DNA of 64,000 nucleotides from Mustelus asterias (Eukaryota), in the NCBI RefSeq assembly GCF_964213995.1, contig NW_027590119.1:682001-746000 (forward strand), written 5' to 3'. Position 1 is the first letter of the stretch; each line of letters opens with the position of its first letter. The notes below the pieces were generated by a model. That model had not been told where the DNA came from and did no database searches. It worked only from the letters and a program-made list of their open reading frames with translations. Positions 11,635 to 25,010 of this stretch are shown piece by piece. The position numbers were made by a program, and so were the translations under genes.

Positions 11635-13510
11635 GACTTACACACATCACACACTCTCACACACATAAATACACACATACACATTCTCATAGTCTCTCAC
11701 ACATGCACACATATATATTCACACTTACTTTGTCTCTCATCCGATCTCTCTCACACACCCATACACATTCTCTCTCACGTTCTACATACATTCTCTCAAA
11801 TACAAATACACACATACTCTCGCTCTCTCATACCACCATACACAAAAGCACTCACACGCACACCCCCGACACACATTCTCTCTTACACACAGACACACAC
11901 TCTCACATAAGCACAGTCTCACACTCTCACATGCACTCTCTCTCCCACACTCTGTCACACACGCTCAAGCTGTCTCACATTTATTCACACACGCTCTCTC
12001 ACAATTCCTCTTGCGCACGCATCTCTCTCTCTCACTCACACATACACACACGCATATATTTCTAAAGCTCTTGCACACACTATCTCACACCTGTACATTC
12101 TTGCTCTCACACACTGGCTCTCTCATAAACACACTCTCTCACAAACATAGACCCACGCACACACTCGGACACACACTCTTACACACAGACACAGTCTCTC
12201 ACATAAGCACAGTCTCGCGCACACATTCTCCCTCACACACACACACACATACACACACACACACACACACACATGCACTATCCCTCTCACATTCCCTCTT
12301 CCGTGCTCTCACTCCGTCTCACACACATTCCCATGCTCTCTCTCTCTCATACGGACACTTGCACACGCATTCTCTCACACAGGTACGTTTTTATCTCTCT
12401 TTCACCCGCTCACTCCCTTACACATTATCTCACACACGCACAATCTTGCTCTCAAACACTGTATCTCACAAACACCCTCTCTCTCTCACACGCACACAGT
12501 CTCTCCGTCTCTCACACACGAACACACATGTATACACAATGTATCTCTCTTAAACACTCCACCTATCACAGACACATGTCCTCTCAACCGTTATTTCACT
12601 CACACACACTCACGCATCCATTCTGCATCATTTTCACAGTTTTTCTCACTCACACACACTCTCCCCGCCCCTCCACACACACACACGCACACACATATAC
12701 TTTGAAGAACAGAAAAATACTCTCACACACATAAAAAATAACTCTTCAAACACACACACACTCTCTCGCACACACGCATTCTCTATCTCACATATCCTTT
12801 CTCTCACGCACACTCTCTCTTCTTGTACACACAGACCACTTTCTCAAACACGTGCAAAACACTCATGTGTCTGACACACTCTCACACACATAAACCAACA
12901 CAACGTCTCTCTCTCTCACAAAAATTCTCTCTCTCTGTCTCACACACGCACACACACACACACACACTCAAACACATCGCTTCTATCACCCACACACATT
13001 GCACATATCGTTCTCACTCACACGCCATCCCATGCACACTTTCACACACTCATGAACATATTATTTTGCTTTCCAATAGGCACTCCCTCTCACACATACT
13101 GTCTTTCACATGAACACAACACTCTCTCCCACACACACACACCCTCCCTCAAGCACACACACTCACTTTCATAGACACCCTGTATCTCATATAGACACAC
13201 TTCTTTTCACATAAACACACACTCAATCACACACCGAAGTACTCTCTCACACAGACTGCCCACACACACACTTTCAAGAAGAGACACACTCTCACACACA
13301 AAGAATAACTTTTCAAACACACATTCTCTCTCTCACACACACACGTTATCTCACACACCCTTTCTCTCACACACACTCTCCCCTCTTGCACACACAGCCC
13401 ACTGTCTCACACACGTGCAAACGCAGTCTATCACACACAGGCACCCTCACACATACATTCACCCTCTATCTCTCTCACACAGCCAAACACCCTCTCCACT
13501 TTCCATCTCA
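11635..13510. repeat. CA/CT-rich low-complexity tract
   Basis: Degenerate (CA)n/(CT)n, G-poor on the + strand. Confidence 0.9.
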
Positions 13511-13544
13511 CATACGTCAGAGTAATTGTCCTTGACATCATAAA

Positions 13545-13852
13545 TTGAAGCATAGGATCCTCCAGTGCAGAAGGGGCCAATCAGCCCATTGAGTCTGCAC
13601 CAACAGCAGTCCCACCAAAGCCCTATCCCCATAACCACATGTATTTACCCTAACTAGTCCCTCTGACACTACGGGGCAATTTAGCACGGCCAATCCAACG
13701 AACCCGCACATGTTTGGACTGTGGGGGGGAAACAGGAGCACCCGTAGGAAACCCAAGCAGACACGGGGTGAACTTGCAAACTCCACACAGACAGTGAGCC
13801 AAGTCGGGAATCGAACTGTGAGGCAGCAGTGCTAATCACCGTGCCACCGCCC
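13545..13852 (-). mobile_element. HE1-like V-SINE with CR1-type tail
   Basis: Reverse strand: GGTGGCACGGTGATTAGCACTGCTGCCTCACAG...GTGTGGAGTTTGCA...; tail ATGGGCTGATTGGCCCCTTCTGCACTG. Confidence 0.8.
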
Positions 13853-13989
13853 ACCCCCCCCAACCCCCGCTAGCATTTGAATGAGGGTGGGATCGAGGAG
13901 CCCGAGTAAAACTCAAGTCAATAAGAATCGGCGGGAAATTCTTCTCTGTTCGGAGTCATACTTAGCACAAAGCAAGATGGTGTTGGTTA

Positions 13990-14948
13990 TAGAACATAGA
14001 AAGCCACAGCACAAACAGGCCCTTCGGCCCACAAGTTGCGCCGATCACATCCCCACCTCTAGGCCTATCTATAGCCCTCAATCCCATTAAATCCCATGTA
14101 CTCATCCAGAAGTCTCTTAAAAGACCCCAACGAGTTTGCCTCCACCACCACCGACGTCAGCCGATTCCACTCACCCACCACCCTCTGAGTGAAAAACTTA
14201 CCCCTGACATCCCCCCTGTACCTACCCCCCAGCACCTTAAACCTGTGTCCTCTCGTAGCAACCATTTCAGCCCTTGGAAATAGCCTCTGAGAGTCCACCC
14301 TATCCAGACCCCTCAACATCTTGTAAACCTCTATCAGGTCACCTCTCATCCTTCGTCTCTCCAGGGAGAAGAGACCAAGCTCCCTCAACCTATCCTCATA
14401 AGGCATGCCCCCCAATCCAGGCAACATCCTTGTAAATCTCCTCTGCACCCTTTCAATGGCTTCAACATCTTTCCTGTAATGAGGTGACCAGAACTGCGCG
14501 CAGTACTCCAAGTGGGGTCTAACCAGGGTCCTATAAAGCTGCAGCATTATCTCCCGACTCCTAAACTCAATCCCTCGATTAATGAAGGCTAGTACGCCAT
14601 ACGCCTTCTTGACCGCATCCTCCACCTGCGAGGCCGATTTAAGAGTCCTATGGACCCGGACCCCAAGGTCCCTCTGATCCTCTACACTGCTAAGAATGGT
14701 ACCCTTCATTTTATACTGCTGCTCCATCCCATTGGATCTGCCAAAATGGATCACCACACACTTATCCGGGTTGAAGTCCATCTGCCACTTCTCCGCCCAG
14801 TCCTGCATTCTATCTATGTCTCGCTGCAACTTCTGACATCCCTCCAAACTATCCACAACACCACCTACCTTGGTGTCGTCAGCAAACTTACCAACCCATC
14901 CCTCCACTTCCTCATCCAGGTCATTTATGAAAATGACAAACAGCAAGG
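13990..14948 (-). mobile_element. Young 5'-truncated CR1 LINE nested in an older + strand LINE fragment (about 13877-15075)
   Basis: 300-aa uninterrupted ORF2 end with FADDTK; host RT sequence resumes at 14950 (QGIVLGPTIFYCF). Confidence 0.92.
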
Positions 14949-15404
14949 GTTGTTGGAGGTCAAACATCTAAGTTCAGATTTCACTGCAAAAGTTCGGCAG
15001 GGGATTGTTCTGGGACCAACAATCTTCTACTGCTTCACCAAAGACATTCCATCCAACATGAGGTCAGAAGTAGAGATTTCCATGTGTTACACCGGACACA
15101 AAGACGCAATAAGTAAGAAGGGACTTGGCTGAGACCAAGGCCGCCTGGCTCCCCAATACTGGTGTAAACCTGCTGTTTGATTCCTGTGCGACCCATTCTG
15201 GTTGCGCTGTCAGCTTCCCTTCCAGCTCCCTCAGTCTGTCTATTTATTAACTGATACGCGTTTCTTAAAGAAAGGCACCGACATTAAAGCAGCTGCCCGG
15301 TGATCTACACTGCTGTCTGACTTTACACAGCCCTGTTACAGAAAGCTGATCAATGTAGACAATCGGGAAAAGATCGATGGAGAGGAAGAGGAGGAGGTGG
15401 CCCA

Positions 15405-17052
15405 CTGACTCTCTCACCCCCGCCCACACTTCCTCACTCACCCTCAATCTCTCATCCTCACTCAAAGAACTTCACTCACTCACCTTCACTTACCCAACTT
15501 CCCTCGCTGACACACTCTCACTCACTCATCCCCACTCACTCATCCCCACTCACTCATCCCCACTCACTCATCCCCGCTCACTCATCCCCGCTCACTCATC
15601 CCCGCTCACTCATCCCCGCTCACTCTCCCTTGCTCACTCATCCAACCTCACACACTCACCCTCACACACTCACCCTCACGCACTCACCCTCACACACTCA
15701 CCCTCACACACTCACCCTCACACACTCACCTTCACACACTCAACCTCACACACTGAGCATCACACACTCAACCTCACACACTCAACCTCACACACTCTAC
15801 CTCACATAGTCACCCTCACACACACCCTCAGAAACTCACTGATCCTCATTCACCCTGAGTCACTCACCCTCACACCCTCACTCACTCACAATCACTCACA
15901 AACATTCGCTCACTCACTCTCACCCATCCTCACTCACTCACCCACACTCACTCACACACCCTCACTCAACCTCACTCATTCAACCTCAATCACACATCCT
16001 GAATCACTCATCCTCACACCCTCACTTACTCACTCACATTCAGTCACCCTCATTCACTCACTCTCACACCCTCACTCACGCACCCGCATTCATTCACTCA
16101 CACTCACTCACCCTCAGATACCCTCATTTACTCACCCTCATTCACGCACTGTCACTCAGCCACCCACACTCACACACCATCACACACTCAACCTCACTCA
16201 CTAACCCTCAGTCACTCACCAACACTCATACTCACCCTCATTCGCTCACCCTACTTACCCACCCTCACTCACCCAGTCTCACTCACTCTCACTCACTCAC
16301 CGCACTTACCCACCCTCACTCATCCAGTCTCACTCACTCCACTCACCCTCACTCACTCTCCCCACTTACCCACCCTCACTCACCTAGACTCACCCCCACA
16401 CACTCAAGCTCAATCACCCTCTCTCTTTCACTTACGCCACCTGACCCATTCAAACTCACTCAGACTCACGCACCTACATTCACTCACACACCCTCACGTA
16501 CTCACCATCACTCAACTTCACCCACCCTAACTCACAGATCCTCAATCACTCAACCTCACTCAAACACCTTCACTCACTCATCCTCACTCACCCACCCCAT
16601 CCGCATTCAATCTCCCTCACAGTCTCACACACCACCCCCAATAACACACCCTGACTTACTCACTCTCTCACCCTCATTTACTAAGTCATATTCATTCCCT
16701 CACCCTCATTCACTCGCTCTCACTCACCCACCTTCGCTAACCTTCATGCATCCTCACTCACTCACCCTCATTCATTCATTCTCGCTCACCAACATTCACT
16801 CACACACTTTCACTCACCCATTCAGCCACCGTCACTCACACACCCCCTCTCGCACACACCCTCATTTACTAACGCCCTCTCACCCTCACCCACACTTACT
16901 CACTCACCCTCAATCACTCATCCTCACTCAAAGAACTTCATTCACTCACCCTCACTTATCCACTCTCTGTCACTCACACACCATCACTCATCCACTCTCA
17001 CTCCTTCACTCACTCATCCTCACGCACTCACATTCTCTCACTCACCCTCACT
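15405..17052. repeat. (CACT/CACCCT)-type C-rich low-complexity tandem repeat
   Basis: CTCACTCACC, CACACTCACCCT and CTCACTCATCCCCG units; almost no G on the + strand. Confidence 0.9.
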
Positions 17053-17159
17053 AAACCTGTGTGTGGAGGTCTGCAACGAGAGAGAAGAACGATCTCAAGC
17101 GGCAGTTTGGTGTTCAAATGTGGGAGCTGCCCTGCGAATGTGGAGAGCTGAGGGAAATC

Positions 17160-17762
17160 CCTGGGGGCTCAGGGCCAAGGACAATGGCAAAGAGCGGGGG
17201 AGAACAGGAGGCGTGGTAAAGGGCAGAGAGCAGGGGGGGGGAGGGGGGAGGGCAGAGAGCAGAGGCGGGGGGGGGAAGGAGGGGTGGGGAGGAGGGCAGA
17301 GAGCCCGGAGAAAGGGCAGGGAGCCAGGTGAAAGGCAAAGAACCAGGGGAAAGGGCAGAGGGACCAGGGAAAGGGGAGAGAGCCAGGAATAAGGGCAGGG
17401 AAGCCGGGGAAACGACAGGGAGCCGAGGAATAGTGAAAGAGAGCCCAGGGGAAAGGGCAGAGATTCAGGGAGAAAGGCAGAGAGTCAGGGGGAAAGGGCA
17501 GAGAGCCGGGGTAACGGTCAGAGAGCCAAGGGAAAGGGGAAAGTGGATAGGGAGCAGGGAAACCGGGCAGAGAGCCGGGGGAAAGTGTAGGGAGCCGAGG
17601 GAAAGGGCAGATAGCCGGGGGAGAGGGCACAGAGCTGGAGGGAAGTGTAGAGAGCCAGGTGGAAGTGCGGAGAGCCGGGTGAAAGGGGTAAAGAGCCACA
17701 GGGAATAGCAGAGAGCCAGGGGAAAGGGCAGAGAATCGGGGGAAATGGGCAGAGAGTGGGTG
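17160..17762 (+). repeat. G/A-rich tandem repeat, ~19-20 bp unit (consensus GGGGAAAGGGCAGAGAGCC)
   Basis: Roughly 25 degenerate units, very T-poor top strand, poly-G runs at 17233-17290. Confidence 0.9.
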
Positions 17763-18733
17763 ATCGACGGGCGGAGTGAGGATGTGCAAAATAGAGCGAG
17801 CACCACAACCAGATCATCTGTAATCTCAGTGAATAATGGAGGAGACTTCAGGGCCCGAATGGCCAACTCTTGCTATTAATGTATGACCCTTCAATTAGTC
17901 AATGTTGCAATTATTTGAATTTGTAATCACATTTAGAGTTTCCTGGTCATTCAGTAAGTATTCATTCCGAAGGTAGTTTTGAAGCAAAGTCACTAATCTT
18001 CGTTTTGTGGAGTGAGAGGCAGTGAGTTGGAGAGAGGAAGGGACATCAGTTAGTTTGTACATGGGCAATATCCAAAACTACAATGTGGATATGCCGACGC
18101 CAGGTTGGGGTGGGCACAGTAAGGAGTCTCACAACACCAGGTTAAAGTACAACAGGCTTATTTGGAATCGTGAGCTTTTGGAGCTCTTTCATCAGGTGAG
18201 TGGCTGATATGAATGAAGAGACAACTTCTTCATCACAAAGTGCTGTTGTTTGAGAAATAGCGAGTGCCTGAAGTAATGGAGAAACTCTTTACACTTCTCT
18301 GTTAATCTAATGAATGGTATGTCATTACAATGACATCAAAATGTTTTTGTCTTTCCAATCTGATAGAGGTCGAGACAGTGATGTGAGTTTCTACAAAGAT
18401 GGCGATTCTCAAATGATAGGAGTAACAGAAGCTGAAAGTGTATGTAGGTCTTAATCGGGAAATATTAAGTTAAGTTCATAATTCTAGACAAATCGTGATG
18501 TAGAAACATAGAAAATAGAAGCAGCAGTAGGCCATTCGGCCCTTTGACCCTGCTCTACCATTCACTTTGATCACAGCTCATCAATATCCTGACCCCGTCT
18601 ACTACCCATATCCATTGATCCCTTTAGCCCCAAGAGCTATACCTAATATAGAAACTTACTTGTATAAATATGTTTGACTAATTAATAAACGCAGGTAAGA
18701 GTCTAACTTGTTGAATCGACTATTCCTTCCCAG

Positions 18734-19033
18734 TGACACCGTCTCTGCCCAATCTGTACAGCCTGATCTCCTCCTGTCAGCAACACAACACCGGCGGCTC
18801 CGTCACCTATGGCTGTTTGGCGATGGACTACTCCCCAGAAATCACCAGTCTCACCTGGAAGAAAAATGGACAGCTGATCACCACTGGATTTAAGACTTAC
18901 CCATCAGTGAGAAACACGAAGGGAACCTACACCCTGAGCAGCCAGTTAACCATCACCCAGTCAAAGGGAGAGTGCAGCAAAATCGACTGTGAGGTTCGAC
19001 ACAGCGGCTCAGTCAAGAGCATTGAAATGCAAT
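18734..19033 (+). CDS. IGHM: IgM constant exon CH1
   Basis: CCCAG|TG acceptor; (V)[16 protein letters not shown]...[19 protein letters not shown]...YTLSSQL...CEVRHSG; donor T|GTAAGT. Confidence 0.96.
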
Positions 19034-19189
19034 GTAAGTGTTGTGGAACCTGGGCAAGACAGGGGCGCTCTGATTGAACTCTATAAGGCTTCAGTTATAA
19101 CTGATCTGTAGCATTCTGAAAAATTGAATTATGCAAAATCCAGGTAAGTGTCTACTGACTGAAAAGTTGCTCAGAATCAAAGAACAACA

Positions 19190-19930
19190 GAAATGATACT
19201 GTGCAGAATGAGGCCATTTAGCCCATCATGTCTGTGCTGGTCAAAAGGGAGAACAAATAAACTAGCCAGACAAGTTAAGTCTATTTTCCAGCCCTTGCTC
19301 CGTAGCATTGCAGCTTAAAGCAATTGAGATGCAGACCCAGATACCTTTTAAATGACCATGCTCCCTGGTAATTGAGCCCTCCACTTGGGGAATGAATTAT
19401 TTCTGCCTACGTCCCTTATTTTTTTGTGAACCACAATTATGTCACGCCTCAGCCTCCTCTTTTCCTAAAGAGAACAACCCCTGCCTATCCAATCTCGCCT
19501 CATGGCTGCAATTTTCAGGCCCTGGCAACATTCTTGTAAACCTCATCTCTCGCCAGAGTCATTACTTTATTCCTGCAATGTGGTGACCAGAACTGTACAG
19601 CAAACTCGAAACGTGGCCTAACTAGGTTTTATGCATCTCCATCATTGCATCACTGTTTTTGCATTCAATATCTCACATAATAGAGAAACTAATCCGATAT
19701 GCTTTCTTGATCAACTTTTCCAGCTGCCCTACCATCTACAAGGACCTGTGGACGTGCACTCTAAGGTCTTGCATTTCCTCAATCCCACTTAACATTCCAG
19801 TTTATTGCCTTGCTTTGTTTTCCCTCCCCAAATGCATTGTATGGCACTTTTGACCGTTGAATTCCATTCGCCATTTCCCTGCCAATTCAACCAAACCATG
19901 GATATAATTCTCAAATCGGCAGCTATTTTG
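19190..19930 (-). mobile_element. Decayed CR1 LINE in the CH1-CH2 intron
   Basis: KWRMEFNGQKCHTMHLGREN-like peptide and CR1 tail (AGGCCATTTAGCCCATC). Confidence 0.7.
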
Positions 19931-20005
19931 CTCAAATAAAAGAACTAATTTATAATTAATGTCAATTGAATCTTCAAGTAACGTCTGAACATTTGTTTGT
20001 TGAAG

Positions 20006-20317
20006 GCCCAATCGTTATCACCCCAACCGTTATCCTCACCGTGAGTTCCAGTGAAGAAATCACCACCAGAAAATTTGCAATCATCGTCTGTTCAATCATC
20101 GATTTCCAGCCAAAGTCAATGACGGTGAAGTGGCTGAAGAATGGACAACCCATGGATTCAGGAATTGTCACCTCTCCCGCCTATGAGGTGAACAGGAACT
20201 TCTCGGCCAGCAGTCGGCTGACAGTCTCCGCTCAGGAATGGATCAGCAAAGCGGTCTATACCTGCCAGGTCACTCATCAAGAATTCACTCAGAGTCAGAA
20301 CATCAGCGGATCTCTGG
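20006..20317 (+). CDS. IGHM: IgM constant exon CH2
   Basis: TTGAAG|GC acceptor; (C)[17 protein letters not shown]...[21 protein letters not shown]...VYTCQVTH...; donor G|GTAAGA. Confidence 0.96.
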
Positions 20318-20484
20318 GTAAGAGACTCAAACCGAGGATAAAATAAAATATACCATTCCGATGTTAATCGGAATTAGGGGTCTATTAAAGTTAGTACAAA
20401 GCACAGAACAACTTCTAATTTGCTGTCATGTGGTTTGCTGCATTAGGACAGTGCCCCATTCAGAATTTCATCACAACAGCAATT

Positions 20485-20805
20485 TTTGTTATTCCTTCAT
20501 GAGATGTGCATTTATTTCCCATCCCTGAGGGCACTTAAGTGTCAACCACGTTGCTGTGGACCTGGAGTCACATGCATGCCAGGCCAGATAAAGACAGCAG
20601 ATTTACTTTTTTAAAGGGCATTCGTGAACCAGGTGGGCTTTTACAACAACGGCTTCATGATGATCATTTGACTTTTAATTATAGATTTTTATTGAATTCA
20701 AATTTCACCATTTGCAGTGGTGAGATTCGAATCCGTGTCTCTTCAATTAGAGTCTTGTACTCGGTCTCTTGGATTACAAGTCCATTGACAATACCACTGC
20801 CTCCC
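20485..20805 (-). mobile_element. Old tRNA-headed SINE (Deu/L2-tail type)
   Basis: B-box-like GGATTCGAATCTC on the reverse strand and a body resembling shark SINE/L2 tails (CTGGAGTCACATG...CCAG; AACCACGTTGCTGTGG). Confidence 0.55.
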
Positions 20806-21236
20806 CTTGAAAGAGTGTTTCTATTTTGAAGTAACATAGTGAGCGAGGCGGCCTTGATGTCAGCTTTTTTCCTGAGACGGCTGGTAAGATTTGGAGAAAC
20901 AGTTGGTGTTGGACTGTTTCACAGGTCAAAGCGGAGGGGTTAAATGTTGGAAAGTGCATTCACCCTAATAATAAATCAATGACAAGTGCTGTGTTCCTGA
21001 GTAGGGGCATGGTTTGGAATGCTGCAATGCTGATTCATGAGAATGATACCGCTGCTAAAATATTTTAATAAAGAGAATAATTTCACAGAACAAGCTGGTT
21101 TTCCATCGTCTATAGAAGTTTAAAGGCGATACTTAGAGGTTGATATCTCGAAGGCGACTTTTTCTCCTTCAGGCTGAATATTACTGTCCTGCTTCTGAAG
21201 AGGGAACTTGGGTTGATTTTCATTTGTCATTCACAG

Positions 21237-21545
21237 GTCCTTGCCAGTGCCATGATTCCACAGTGACGATACAGCCACCACCAATAGAACAGGTCTTACT
21301 GGAGGCAACAGTGACCTTAACCTGCATCATTTCTAATGCTCCTTATGGAGTCAATGTGTCCTGGATCCGAGACAGGAAGTATTTGAAATCAGAGATTGCC
21401 GAAAAGCCAGGAGCGGATCCTGACAGCGTGGTCAACAAATTAAACATCTCGACAGAAGCCTGGCTGAGTGCGGCTGTGTTTCACTGCGTGGTGAGCCATC
21501 AGGATCTACCGACTCCTTTAAGAAAATCCATCCACAAGGAAACAG
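21237..21545 (+). CDS. IGHM: IgM constant exon CH3
   Basis: TTCACAG|GT; (G)[32 protein letters not shown]...VSW...[14 protein letters not shown]...; donor G|GTGAGC. Confidence 0.96.
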
Positions 21546-22037
21546 GTGAGCTGAGAGATTGAAGCAATAAATGTGTCACTGTGTCTATTTCCAGTGTAAG
21601 TGTACTGGTCAATATTCAGTATTCAGTGCATTAATGGTGTCCCGAGTGGAAACTCCACTAACTAAAGACTCTGGCTGCAGATAGTTTTACGGGGATATTT
21701 GATGTGTTGATGAATGAAAAGTGAACTGAAGGCGATGTTATTGGATTTAGATCGAATAAGGAGGGAGGAGCCTGATGTGGAGCATGAAAACCAATAAAAA
21801 AAGCAGATCAGTTGGGCCGAAGAGCCTGATTCAGTGCTGTAAACTTTCTGAAACTTTCCAGTCCATCCCGCTGAGTTATTTGAGAAAACAATTGCGTTCA
21901 CCTCTCCTCCAAGCTGGAAGTCAAAAATGGAAACATTTAAAATCGAAAGCGAAGCACATTTTTCTGATACCCAGCCAGCAGTTTCATTGTCTCCAGAATC
22001 CTCCAGTTTATTGACATCTATTGTACTTTTTCTGCAG

Positions 22038-22429
22038 ATCCAAATCCGCGGGAACCGTTCGTCTCTGTCCTCCTGCCCTCGGCAGAAGAAGTCTCCGCCC
22101 AGAGATTCGTCTCCCTCAGCTGCTTAGTGAGACGTTTCTCCCCGCGAGAGATCTTCGTCAAATGGACTGTCAACGACAAGCCGGTGAATCCTGGGAACTA
22201 CAGGAACACCGAGGTGGTCGCGGAGAACGGCAATAGCTCCTTCTTCATGTACAGCCTGTTATCCATTGCAGCAGAGGAATGGTCCAGCGGTGCTTCTTAC
22301 TCCTGTGTGGTGGGACATGAAGCCATCCCCTTGAAGATCATCAACAGAACAGTTGACAAATCCAGCGGTAAACCCAGTTTTGTGAACATTTCCCTTGCAC
22401 TGATGGACACCGTTAATTCATGTCAATGA
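22038..22429 (+). CDS. IGHM: IgM constant exon CH4 plus secretory tailpiece
   Basis: CTGCAG|AT; (D)[14 protein letters not shown]...[17 protein letters not shown]...[11 protein letters not shown]...[24 protein letters not shown]; tailpiece has NIS sequon and penultimate Cys; internal donor G|GTAAAC at 22368 for the membrane form. Confidence 0.97.
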
Positions 22430-22456
22430 GAATCACTCGGTTACATTAAAAACTTC

Positions 22457-22471
22457 AATAAAAAGAATAAA
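22457..22471 (+). terminator. Secretory-form poly(A) signals
   Basis: AATAAA at 22457 and 22466. Confidence 0.8.
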
Positions 22472-23599
22472 ATCTTTTTCCTCTAACGATAAATGAAATA
22501 TCCAAACGCCTAATTGATTGTTTTTCAGTTTTACTTCCATTAGATATCTTTGGTTTGAGTCAGATATTTTCAGGTCTCAGGCCCAAGTCTTGTTGAACCA
22601 GTGCGCCCAGCTCAGATACACCCTGTGTTCGAGACAGAGTAGAGCACATTCATTACAGGATTCTGCAAAATATCTTCACCGACGTTCCTCCCTGAGGAAA
22701 AATCCGACAATTTGAACATTTCTAACAAACGAACACAACATTTAGATCTCGGTGTTCCTGCTTCTCTCGTTGTCCATGCCTTTACGCATTGATGTCATAT
22801 TTAAGCTGCTGCACCACACCCACTGGGAACTGGAGTGAGGGTCACACAGAAACATGGAGCAATAATCCCCCCATCAGAGAGAGGGAGAATGAAATTGTGA
22901 ACATACCGGATTCCTACTCACCCAACAAAGAGAGGGGAGGAGCAGTAGCTAACCCATGTACCACCACTTCCTCAATGAAAAGAGGAGGAATGGCCTTATT
23001 TAATCCACTCACCTCCACCTCCTCAGTGGTTAGAACCATCAGGGACATTGCTTCACCAGGTTGAGAGAGGGAAACTATGAGCTCACTCACCTCACTCTCC
23101 CCAAGTAGCGTGTTTGGAAGGGAACGGCTCTCTACTATAAGGACTCAGTTGTCAACAGTGCAAATTAGCTTCCGTTTACTTGCTGCAGATTTTGAAGTAT
23201 CATTATCATTATCAAAGTGTCATTGAAGTATATAATACACATATACTTATATATATATATATAATATATGTATATATGTGTGTACTTATATACATATATA
23301 CTTATGCAACATAATTTAAAAATGTTGCAACACTCTTGTTCCTGTTAATCATGTGCTGGCATTGATTTCCCAGAATACAAATTTAAACAAATAATAGAAT
23401 CCTCCCCGGTTTTCACTGTTCTGTCACTGAGGTTTCTGAGATGCATCAATGAATTATTTCATTCGCTCTCCTGATATCACCGTGCCACTCACATAAAAGA
23501 AATTTATACAGCAAACACTGAAAATGTGCTCCATTATTCATATTGTTTGGATCATGTTCAGTTAATGATTACCGGTGAAACTTGAAGCAACAGTTAAAA

Positions 23600-24099
23600 A
23601 ATACACACACTGACAATACCGCACAAAACTGTCACAATTATAAATACACACATAGGCGCACACACACACAGACACACACACACACATCGACACAAATGCA
23701 CAAATACACGCACAAATACACATACTCACAAATATGCACACAAATGCAGAAAGACACATGTAAATACACTCACACAAATGCATGCACATATACAGAAATA
23801 CGGACAGGCGCATTCAAATACAGACATAGAAGCACTCACACACAGCACATACACATGCACAGAACACACAGATACATGCATACACACAGATACACTTTCA
23901 CACACCATAGGTACATGCAATACTTGCACAAACGAACACACATGCAGAGAAACAAGAATGCGCACACAAATTCACTCATGGACAACGCAGGCACAAACAA
24001 AAATACACACACAAATACACACAGACACAAATACACCCACACAAAAATACACCCATACATAAATACATCCGTACACAAATATACATAGGTACACACACA

Positions 24100-24161
<62 letters not shown>

Positions 24162-25010
24162 TACATAGACTCGCGCTTGTACAAACAGGCACTAAAACAA
24201 CAACATACGTAGATAATCAAATATGTACAAACGCACACATATACACATAAAACACACAAGTACATACACATTCACATACGTGAGTAGGTACACAGACCCA
24301 AACACAAACACATACATTCAGAGACACAATACAGACAGATACACACGCATGCAGACCCAGATAAATAGACAAGCACATACATCATCTCAAATAAATACAT
24401 ATATTAGCACACATTCACGCTGACAGGAGTATCGATATAAAGACGCACAATGTTATACACATTAACAAACATACATGGAAATATATATAAACAAATTAGC
24501 AGACTGCATATAGATGAACAGACTGCAAAACTTTTACACGCAAACATGTAGACGCAAACATTAACATGCTCATACAGAACAGAACACCATCGCACACATT
24601 ACTACACATCGAAACACAAACATACATCAACACACCGTTATAAAGAACTATCAACACGTACATACATGTACTGACCTGTTAACAGACATACACACAGACA
24701 CACGGAGAGACAGAAAGGGAAACAAACATTACTAGAGTGACAGAAATTAACACATAGCAAGAGGCATAAACACACGTGCGCCCATTAAGAATGGCGTTAA
24801 GAAATATTCATAGACTTCACACAATAATAGAATCATACATACACAATGACACAAGAATAAAATATACACACAGATGCAGACACACAACTTCACAAATCAA
24901 CAACCATAGGCAAATGAACACGTACATTAACACTCTTGCACACATATTAACTCAAAGCTAAAGAATAATGCAGACCAGGAGATGCTCATGCACACGCACA
25001 CAAACGCATG
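23600..25010. repeat. CA-rich low-complexity tract between CH4 and TM1
   Basis: Degenerate (CA)n/(CATA)n with perfect (TC)n(CA)n at about 24103-24157. Confidence 0.9.

Noticed and set aside
11577-17866. Long His/Thr/Ser- or Pro/Gly-rich ORFs (also 23562-24423, 36436-37311, 53300-54552)
   Set aside because: They arise from stop-poor low-complexity or tandem repeats and show no domain signature.
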